Position numbers and translations under genes: made by a program. DNA of 64,000 nt from a virus (lineage: Duplodnaviria; Heunggongvirae; Uroviricota; Caudoviricetes). Below the pieces are notes generated by a model, which was not told the origin of the DNA, did no database searches, and worked only from the letters and a program-made list of their open reading frames with translations. The stretch lies in the IMG/VR virus record IMGVR_UViG_2721755712_000001. One strand, written 5' to 3'. Shown one piece after another: positions 23,072 through 31,300 of the stretch (its first letter is position 1; each line of letters opens with the position of its first letter).

Positions 23072-23491
23072 CCGTCGTGCAGCTGCGGAAAGAACGGTGG
23101 AGATAAAGTAGTCGTATGAGCAGCAATAGCGGTCAGCAAACTGGCGTGCTTTCCATAGAGACGTTTTATTGGCAGTCGACAACTCCTGATAAGGCAGGCG
23201 TTTTAACCCGGTGGTGAACGGAGCTGTTTCAAAGTGTTCGCGACCGTGCGTCAGCATGATATTTGAGTACTGACGTTTGTATGCCTCCGTAAAAAGACAG
23301 GTGGCCATGAGAGGATGCATGTCGCGGTAATCAAACCACTTCGTCTCGAAGAGTTCAGCCTCATCTTTACAGCGCGACAAACCAATGTTTTCAGCAACCC
23401 ACTTGTCCATAACAGCGGTATTCCACTCTGTCATGAAGTCGTACTGGTTGTTGTCGATGGTATCGAAAAAGATTTGGCTCATGTGGCTCAC
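23072..23491 (-). pseudogene. N-terminal fragment of the phage gene interrupted by the IS element
   Basis: ORF 23015..23491 continues into the IS right end before stopping; first 140 codons are phage-derived. Confidence 0.6.
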
Positions 23492-23597
23492 CTGGTAGGT
23501 AGTTACTTACTTATCACGATGAGCGGATGATAGCGACTGGTGGCAGTTTTTGGAAGTGGAAACGGAAGGGAGTTGTTCTGGTGGTGTCTTTTAAAAG

Positions 23598-23652
23598 ACC
23601 TGCTTCCGTATATATTTAATAAGTTACTTATTATTTATATATACAGAAGCAG
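23598..23652. repeat. 55-bp near-palindromic element, copy 1
   Basis: CCTGCTTCCGTATATATTTAATAAGTTACTTATTATTTATATATACAGAAGCAGG, identical to 54905..54959; sits in the divergent region between the interrupted gene and the GIY-YIG gene. Confidence 0.9.
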
Positions 23653-23764
23653 GCATAACTTGTCGTCTTAGACGCCCAGAAGCTCTACACTTTGAGCCTG
23701 TTAAATTGATTAAAAACTTATGTGTAAAATAGAACGCATTAGTCAGTAGCAAAGAGATGCAATA

Positions 23765-24532
23765 ATGGACGATTTATCGGTATACGCGAGATCATTGGAT
23801 AAGGCTAAATACTATGTTTACTGCCTCTATGATACAGAAGACAAGATGAAAAGACCGTTTTACATAGGAAAAGGCAAATCGACTCGTTGTCTCGATCACA
23901 TCAAGTATCCCGATGACTCTCCCAAATCCATGCGGATCAAAGAACTTTTGGCTAATAAAAAATTAGGCATAGATATTCTTCGTCATGGTATGGATGAAAC
24001 CACAGCCAAACTTGTTGAGGCGACATGCATCGACCTTATGGGGGTCGGAGAGCTTACGAATAAGGTACGAGGAAGTGGTTCCATGATGGGCAGAATATCA
24101 CTGGACGCCTACCATCACTTAGTGCTGCAAGAGGAAACTGAAATTGCTCCTGAGCACGCCGGTCTTGCCTTCCTGCTAAACAGCACCTACAAGTCAGGAA
24201 TGTCCGCTCTGGCATTATATGAAGCTACGCGTGGCGTATGGGCAAAGGTTCCAAGAGACGAGAATCTCAAATATGCCTACGCTACATATGGTGGGCTAAT
24301 AATGGAAGTTTATCAGATTGAATGCTGGGTCAAAGCCGGTTCTCAGCAGTACTTTACAAGGGATATAGCTCTTGGCCCCGACACAAAACGTTATGAATTT
24401 GTTGGCAGAATAGCCGATGAGCATATTAGAAAACTGTATGTAGGCAAATTAATCAAGAAGCCACCAAGCTACGGTAGCCCTTTTGTGAAGGTTGGGGTGG
24501 TTAGGACTGAACATAGTGTTAGCGCGGCATAA
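23765..24532 (+). CDS. GIY-YIG nuclease-domain protein with uncharacterised C-terminal region
   Basis: N-terminal YYVYCLY...PFYIGKGK...R...H matches the GIY-YIG catalytic motif; about 150 C-terminal residues without a recognisable motif. Confidence 0.6.
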   Translation: MDDLSVYARSLDKAKYYVYCLYDTEDKMKRPFYIGKGKSTRCLDHIKYPDDSPKSMRIKELLANKKLGIDILRHGMDETTAKLVEATCIDLMGVGELTNKVRGSGSMMGRISLDAYHHLVLQEETEIAPEHAGLAFLLNSTYKSGMSALALYEATRGVWAKVPRDENLKYAYATYGGLIMEVYQIECWVKAGSQQYFTRDIALGPDTKRYEFVGRIADEHIRKLYVGKLIKKPPSYGSPFVKVGVVRTEHSVSAA

Positions 24533-24547
24533 AGCTGACACTGTAGT

Positions 24548-24580
24548 TATGCATTGGCGCAATGTACGCGCCAATGCATA
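24548..24580. terminator. bidirectional hairpin terminator
   Basis: perfect inverted repeat TATGCATTGGCGC-AATGTA-GCGCCAATGCATA followed by ATTTTTAA, between convergent GIY-YIG and partition genes. Confidence 0.7.
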
Positions 24581-24584
24581 ATTT

Positions 24585-24944
24585 TTAACCTTTCTTCATC
24601 AACTCTCGTTTGATTTCATCGGTACGCATCGTGACATCGGCAGCGGTGATCGCCTCATTCAATTTCACGATGTCCTCGATTTCCTGCGGTGACTTCTCTG
24701 CCAGATGGAAAATGGCTGCTCGAATCACGTCAGAACGAGTGAACTTCTCGAAGCGAGGGATGAACTTCATCATCTCCAGCAGTTCGAAGTATTCGTCCTC
24801 CAGTGACATTGTGCGGCTTTTAATTTTCTCTTTGCCACGAGTCGGGCGTCCCTGTGGTCTGACTGGTTGGCGCAAAGGAGTTGTGTTCTTAGCCGGTGCA
24901 TCAGGCTCTTTGCGCTTTGCTAGGTCACCCATTTTCATGGACAT
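24585..24944 (-). CDS. partition centromere-binding protein, ribbon-helix-helix (ParG-like)
   Basis: 119 aa; basic disordered N-terminus then C-terminal RHH-like segment; stop/start overlap with the parA-like gene. Confidence 0.5.
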   Translation of the reverse strand: MSMKMGDLAKRKEPDAPAKNTTPLRQPVRPQGRPTRGKEKIKSRTMSLEDEYFELLEMMKFIPRFEKFTRSDVIRAAIFHLAEKSPQEIEDIVKLNEAITAADVTMRTDEIKRELMKKG

Positions 24945-25612
24945 TATTCTTCTTCCTCCAGACTCAACAGATAATCTACAAATTCTTCAAACTCGGCTTC
25001 CGCCTTTTTGTCGCGCTCGCTACCGGTCATTTCAAAGATAGAACGACCAGACTCTTCCGCATCATCATAGACGTTGCGGTTATATAGATTGACTGGCGCA
25101 GACTCGATTCCAAACGTCTCAACAATCTCTTTAGCCGCCAGAATGCGAGACACTTGTGATGGCAAAGCCGGGCACTGGTTCATGACCGCGCGGACCTTCA
25201 CTTTATCGTTTACATTGCGAACATTGTCGATAATAGGATCGATGTCACGTAAAGATTTCAAATCACGACGCTTAGGACGCAGCGGGATAATGATAACGTC
25301 AGCCATCAGCATCGCTTGTCGCTGAATTTCGGAGTCGAAGCCACCAGCATCTACCACTACAAACTCAGCTCTACCCTGAAGCGATTTTAGGTGCTTAATG
25401 ATGTCATCCTGAACGTATGCAAAAGGAATCAGCTCAAGGTCTTCGTTCTGTCGACGGTCTTCACACCAGCTCGTTGTCGTGCGCTGAATATCTATATCGG
25501 TAATATAAACCTTCTTCTTCTTTTTGACTTTCAGGCAAACGGCAATTTGCTGGGCAACGGTGGATTTGCCAGGCCCGCCCTTTGTGCCGCCAACCACAAA
25601 GATCTTGGTCAT
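24944..25612 (-). CDS. parA: ParA-family partition ATPase (small, type Ib-like)
   Basis: 222 aa; deviant Walker A GGTKGGPGKST near the N-terminus. Confidence 0.8.
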   Translation of the reverse strand: MTKIFVVGGTKGGPGKSTVAQQIAVCLKVKKKKKVYITDIDIQRTTTSWCEDRRQNEDLELIPFAYVQDDIIKHLKSLQGRAEFVVVDAGGFDSEIQRQAMLMADVIIIPLRPKRRDLKSLRDIDPIIDNVRNVNDKVKVRAVMNQCPALPSQVSRILAAKEIVETFGIESAPVNLYNRNVYDDAEESGRSIFEMTGSERDKKAEAEFEEFVDYLLSLEEEE

Positions 25613-25930
25613 TGGAGAGTTCCCTTTGCGTATATAATTATCGTCTGAAACAACTTGTTTTCTTATATGTGATATAGCCTAAATGCCTACGGCTGCGGTG
25701 TAAAGGTTAAATGGTAGGTTGTGATTAACAATTGGCAATCATAGCTTGTATTTGTCTGTTGAAAAAAGTAACAATGACCTCTATATTACAAGTACGGTGA
25801 TATGCCGTACACAATTTGATAATGCACACGTAATGGGCTATAGCCTTTTAAAGTAATTTTTGAGTCGAAAACTCAGTTTGAACAGAGGAGATTGATGGCC
25901 TTCCTACATCACGGCCATCAGGAGGAATAC

Positions 25931-26200
25931 ATGTCAGCACTAAAAAAGCAGCGCATCGATTTGAGATTAACCGATGACGATAAAAGCATCATCGAGGAAG
26001 CTGCCGCAATGTCTAACCAGAGCATTACTCAGTTTATGGTTAGCAGTGCATCTGAACGTGCCGTGAAAGTTATAGAGCAACACCGTAGACTAGTTCTGAA
26101 TGAAGAATCCTGGAATCTGGTTATGGACGCTATAAGCAATCCTCCGGCACCGAACGACAAGCTGAAACGAGCTGCTGATCGTCTGAAAAGCATGGAGTAG
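25931..26200 (+). CDS. antitoxin, RHH/DUF1778-like (TacA-like)
   Basis: small protein immediately upstream of and coupled to a GNAT gene; start placed at internal Met MSALKKQRIDLRL; the track ORF begins at 25892. Confidence 0.6.
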   Translation: MSALKKQRIDLRLTDDDKSIIEEAAAMSNQSITQFMVSSASERAVKVIEQHRRLVLNEESWNLVMDAISNPPAPNDKLKRAADRLKSME

Positions 26201-26207
26201 TTTACTC

Positions 26208-26729
26208 GTGAGCAATACAACGATAGAGATTTTCTCTGGAGAGAAAGATTATGATCTAAACGGTTTTGATTGCGGCGAAGAGTCACTAAACGCCTTTTTA
26301 GCCAACCACTTAAAAAGGCAGCATGAGGGAAAAATTCTTCGTGCTTATGTGCTTTGCACTCAAGAAGAAAGGCCAAAAGTGTTAGGATATTACACTTTGT
26401 CAGGTAGTTGTTTTGAAAAGGAGTCCTTACCTTCAAGAAGCAAACAAAAGAAGGTTCCTTATCGGAATGTTCCAAGTGTCACTTTGGGTAGGCTGGCTTT
26501 GGACAAGTCCCTTCAAGGTCAAGGATTTGGCTCAATGCTTGTAACACATGCAATGCGCGTTGTGTACAATGCATCTCTTGCTGTAGGCATTCATGGGCTT
26601 TTCGTTGAGGCGTTAAATGACAAAGCCAAGGCGTTTTATAAAAGTTTAGGCTTTATCCAGCTGGTTGGTAACAACGAGCGTTCTTTGTTCTATCCTACAA
26701 AATCTATCGAAAAATTGTTCGAAGAATAA
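26208..26729 (+). CDS. GNAT-family acetyltransferase toxin (TacT-like)
   Basis: 173 aa; acetyl-CoA binding motif QGQGFGSMLV; 8 bp after the antitoxin gene. Confidence 0.65.
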   Translation: MSNTTIEIFSGEKDYDLNGFDCGEESLNAFLANHLKRQHEGKILRAYVLCTQEERPKVLGYYTLSGSCFEKESLPSRSKQKKVPYRNVPSVTLGRLALDKSLQGQGFGSMLVTHAMRVVYNASLAVGIHGLFVEALNDKAKAFYKSLGFIQLVGNNERSLFYPTKSIEKLFEE

Positions 26730-26761
26730 TGTGTTCCCCTCATTTGAGGGGAACTTCGACA

Positions 26762-26947
26762 TCACCAACCACAAACCCTCTCTCCCATCGTATTGTGAAA
26801 AAGGATTTGGCGTTCGGTTTCTTCAGTCATTACATCATTATTGCTGATATAGATAGGCTCAGCCCCATCGCAGAACAACACGCTGGCTGTTTGTGGTTTA
26901 ATGACGCACCCACTTATCATACAACTCACGATGAACGGCAGAAGCAT
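26762..26947 (-). CDS. putative o-spanin (Rz1-like outer-membrane lipoprotein), overlapping the i-spanin gene
   Basis: alternate-frame ORF starting inside the i-spanin gene; predicted start MLLPFIVSCMISGC with lipobox ISGC; short Cys-containing mature peptide. Confidence 0.45.
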   Translation of the reverse strand: MLLPFIVSCMISGCVIKPQTASVLFCDGAEPIYISNNDVMTEETERQILFHNTMGERVCGW

Positions 26948-27149
26948 CTTTCTGACGTATTTTACTGCTCGTCTCATTCACCACTTTCACTGTGTTTTGA
27001 AGTCGTTTTCTGTCTTCCTGTTTTGCCTTCTCTTCCATTGCTCGTCGCGCCGCATTCCCGCCCATCGTGTAAGCGCCGACAAGAACGAAAAGAACGGCAG
27101 CCAGCGTAATCAAAGCAACTTTTAGCTTTGTCATCAGGCTGCCTAGCAT
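26898..27149 (-). CDS. putative i-spanin (Rz-like type II membrane protein)
   Basis: 83 aa; N-terminal TM LKVALITLAAVLFVLVGAY followed by a charged coiled-coil-like periplasmic region. Confidence 0.5.
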   Translation of the reverse strand: MLGSLMTKLKVALITLAAVLFVLVGAYTMGGNAARRAMEEKAKQEDRKRLQNTVKVVNETSSKIRQKDASAVHRELYDKWVRH

Positions 27150-27150
27150 A

Positions 27151-27870
27151 TTAGACCATCCCTTTCTGGTGTTTTCTTACCTGCGACCAGGCAATGAATC
27201 CTGCCACAACAATAGTGGCAATACCGAAGATGATGCGTACTGTATCCCCGCTAGAGATATGACCTTGTGCTTTATCCATAGCAGCGGAAACCTGCGGCAT
27301 AACATCGGCCAGCTGCGCCAGACCAATACCTGCTGTAACAGTTGCGCCTGCGGTTTCTTTAGTTACAGGAACAGCCTTCACGGTTTTCACCGGCTTAACA
27401 ACGCCAGCTCGACGCAGACCTTCCTCAATAACTTCTGCCGCATACCAGGTGTTCAGCGTTTTTAGCGGGCCTCGGCCATTCTCGTGGCGAATGATTGCCT
27501 CAACCAAAGGTCGAAGGATGTCGTAATCATGCAGATCGATGATCATGTCTGCGGTTACACCAACGGCTTTAGACACCTCATTAATGTAGGCGTCAGTATT
27601 GTTTTCATTCGGCGGTGCCCAGCGTTCAATAACTTCACGAATGGTATCGATACTTGTGCCGTCTTTTGCGCGACGTTTGTCGTGGTAGGTAATTAGAGTC
27701 ACCGCCAGCGCACGAATCCCCCAAACAGGGTCTTTAAACGTGCAAAAGCGCGGTTCGTCTGGATTCGCAACCAGACCTTGCCACGGTGATCCTTTATCAA
27801 GATTACCGGGGTTATTATTACGAATGCCTCTCGGAGTCTTCATCCTTGATCTCCTGTTATTGCAGTCCAT
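27151..27870 (-). CDS. putative peptidoglycan hydrolase (endolysin candidate) with C-terminal TM segment
   Basis: 239 aa; lies between holin-like and spanin genes; conserved-looking GIRNNNPGNL motif; C-terminal hydrophobic helix IIFGIATIVVAGFIAW; enzymatic class not determined. Confidence 0.4.
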   Translation of the reverse strand: MDCNNRRSRMKTPRGIRNNNPGNLDKGSPWQGLVANPDEPRFCTFKDPVWGIRALAVTLITYHDKRRAKDGTSIDTIREVIERWAPPNENNTDAYINEVSKAVGVTADMIIDLHDYDILRPLVEAIIRHENGRGPLKTLNTWYAAEVIEEGLRRAGVVKPVKTVKAVPVTKETAGATVTAGIGLAQLADVMPQVSAAMDKAQGHISSGDTVRIIFGIATIVVAGFIAWSQVRKHQKGMV

Positions 27871-28192
27871 TTTTTACGCCATACGCGGCTAACCCCAAAA
27901 GCAGTGCAGTAATAATGAACGACGTTATTTTAGAAACAATGCCGCCAAAGAACCCACTGGAGATGGAATCTAACCGGTTAAGGAGTTTGTCCAGATTGGA
28001 GTGTTGAATACTATGTTGCGCCGGGGTCATATCACCAAAGTAGGTTTTCAGCTGATCATTGACCTCCTGGCCAATTTCTTCACGTAGCTCTTTACCTAAT
28101 TTACCAACAACCTCCCGAGCAACGATCGCGGCAATACGCTCAACTTGCTCTGTTGTAACGCCCGCCATCTCGTTCGACATGTTTTCCTCCAT
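27857..28192 (-). CDS. putative holin-like membrane protein
   Basis: 111 aa with a single C-terminal TM helix ITSFIITALLLGLAAYGV; overlaps the start of the endolysin candidate. Confidence 0.35.
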   Translation of the reverse strand: MEENMSNEMAGVTTEQVERIAAIVAREVVGKLGKELREEIGQEVNDQLKTYFGDMTPAQHSIQHSNLDKLLNRLDSISSGFFGGIVSKITSFIITALLLGLAAYGVKNGLQ

Positions 28193-28382
28193 GAAAAGTC
28201 AAATCGGGATGGCGGATTTATATCACATTTCACCCTTTTGTTGTAGGTGTGTACTTACCTATCTATGTATATACCGTTTAACGGCTGTTCAAATTCGTAT
28301 CTAGTAACTCACTAATATATCCCTATGATTGCGGCTGTGAGATCGCATTTTAAACCTCACAGCCATATAAATAATGTCTAAA

Positions 28383-31300
28383 TCAGTTACTTGTTGCCCC
28401 AACAGTACCGGCAAATTTCAGCCATTGACCTGACGGACTTCTATTACTGCGGTAGTGATAAACGAGGATTGCGTTTGTCACTCCACCGTAATCAGCTTTA
28501 TGTGACGTTGTTAAACGAATTGTATAATCACCGTTAGGTAGATTAAAAACTTCGATTATAGATTCTGCTAATTCTACAGCACCAAATCCCGTTATATTGT
28601 TGATACTGCCAGCATTGAATCCCATAGCATCGCCAAAGCCAATCCAATATCTTTTGCTAAACGCCCCATTTGATTTAAGGTGGCTAATGAATGTGGACAA
28701 ACTCATGCCCATATCCCCACCTGAAATAGAGGAAGTTCGCACAGTCATGCTTGGAAGAGCACTGCTCTTCACATAGGAACTTAGAAGATTCGTTACCTCT
28801 GTTTTCGTATAAGCATTAAGGTTAGCCGCAGTCAAAGTAATATCGGCAGAGCCATCAAACGCCACACCAGCAATTTTCCTTGCTGTCTGCAATTTTGTGG
28901 CGGTTGCTGCATTGCCAGTTGTATTCTGATTGCCAGTGGCATTCACACCAGGAATGGAGTCCCTTGATGTATATACCTGCGCCCACGCTGACCATGCCGC
29001 ATCTGTGGTATCTCTTCGTGAGCGAATGAAAACTGGCGCATGTGCACCGCTCGTACCACTCCAGCCAATAAGCAACTCGCCCTCACCAGCAGCACTCGCA
29101 CCTTTCATGTGCAATACGTTGCCATACGTGGTCGGGTAGCTAGTGCTGTACGCCTCGTACATTTGAATGCCAGCAGTGCCTTGAGTAGAGCCGCTTAACG
29201 CCGTAACTCGGCCACGAGATACCAATGTATTAATATTGATATCGCCTGAACCATCAAACTTAACACCATTGATGTTTCTCGCTGTTTGCAACTTCGTAGC
29301 AGTAGCCGCGTTGCCCGTTGTATTCTGATTACCTGCCGTATTTACACCAGGCAAATTTATGTTCGCAGATCCATCGAAGGCCACGCCGCCGATAGTTCTT
29401 GCAGTCTGCAATTTCGTTGCTGTAGCAGCATTTCCTGAAAGACTTGAAATAAATGGATGTGAACAGTAATAACCTCGTCCATTTTTAAAGTCCAAAATTA
29501 TCTGTGCATTCGTACTTTCTGATAAAGGATCAGTTGCCCCCCACTTATAAGTGGTTTGACCAACTGCATAATCAGCCGTTGGAACAATTACGTTCAAGCC
29601 CTCCTCAGCAAATATCTTGATAGGGAATGCTCTGGCTTCAACGTAAAATACACTACACAAATCGTCATCTTTCACACTTGAAATAATCGAGTGTATAGCT
29701 CGCTCAGCAGTAGAATATATTGAGAAAAAACCAGCCGCATATGAACCGCGATCAGACCAACCGCCAGGCATAACAAACCCATTAAATTCACAATTATTCA
29801 TGGCGTATCCGCCAACTGAGGAACCAGTAGTTATCACAACTCGTGAGGCTAATTCATCGGTACTGCCTCTAGATCGGCGAAAGACTATAGGATACCACTT
29901 ACCGCTTACTGCATTTGCAGGCGCTGAAAAAGTGTATTTTCTCATCCCTTTTTTATTGTCTATTTCGCTTTTGCTGTATACGTCAAGGTTCGCAGGAGTC
30001 AGCGTTATGTCCGCAGAACCATCAAACTTAACACCGTTGATTGTACGCGCTGTCTGTAGTTTTGTAGCGGTTGCAGCATTGCCGGTAGTGCTCTGATTAC
30101 CAGCCGTATTAACACCTGGCAAATTAATATTCGCAGTACCATCAAAGCTCACGCCGCCGATAGTTCTTGCCGTCTGAAGTTTTGTAGCAGTTGCAGCATT
30201 ACCAGTGGTGTTCTGATTACCCGTAGTATTTACACCTGGAAGGTTGATATTTGCAGAACCGTCGAAACCAACTCCACCGATAGATCTTGCCGTCTGCAAT
30301 TTCGTTGCTGTACTTGCATTACCATTTAATGTTCCGGTGATACCACCAGTAACAGACAACGGACCTGAAACTGTTCCTCCGGTTGTTGGCAGTGCTCCAA
30401 TATCTAACGGCGTCGGTTTCTGATGTGTGCTATACATCGTATAAACAACACCATCGGTAACGCTGGAAGGCTTACTCGCTGAATATGTTGGCGATGTATA
30501 AATAGAAACTGACGCATTTGCAGTACAATCCCAATGGATATTTACACTCGTCGCATAATTGCCAATTTCAACGTAAATATCATATGTATCGCCGGATGTG
30601 TTGATCCAGGCGAAATTCGCTAATCCGACAGCTGTACGCTTCCACAAAGCACCTGTAATTCCTTTGGGGTTTCCATTGCCTGCTCGTAGAACCAGTTCTG
30701 AAATGCCTGCCTGATGTGGGGAACCGACGTTGTAACCAGCGCCACCAATCAATGCGATGTAAACGATGGAACTCGCTTGTGGCATGGTAACCGTAGCCAG
30801 TTTGAACCACCCTGCCCCGCCAGAGAAAGACATCGTTACTGAATTTAAAGTACCAATATCTTTCGGCGTTAATGTGATATCCGCAGTCAGTGCTTTTCCG
30901 TTAACTTTTCGGTTAGATGGCACCCTGCTATTCGCATTGTCATTGGCTGCTTTAACTGCTTTTGGCGTTGCGGCCAGCGATTCACTGGTGCTGTCGACAG
31001 CACTGCTAAGTTTCACAACACCTTTAGTTGTAAGGCTTGCGTCTTCCATCGCAACTGCACCGGCAATCTCTTCAGCACGATCAGCAGCAGCTTCCGCACG
31101 GGTCGCAGCGGATTCAGCAGCAGTTTTGCTCTGAGATGCTGCCGTCGCACTGCCTGCCGCCTCTGTTGCTTTCGTGGATGCCGTCGTGGCGCTGCCCTTC
31201 GCTGCTGACGCCTGTCTGGTCGCCTCATCTTTTGAAGCAGACGCCGATGATGCCGATGACGCCGCCGAACTGGCGGACGATGCGGCTGCCGTTTTTGAGG

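Noticed and set aside
24610-25325. Plus-strand ORFs overlapping the partition genes (143, 63 and 83 aa)
   Set aside because: Overlap a ParA gene with a clear deviant Walker A and its coupled partner; no start context, so treated as spurious.
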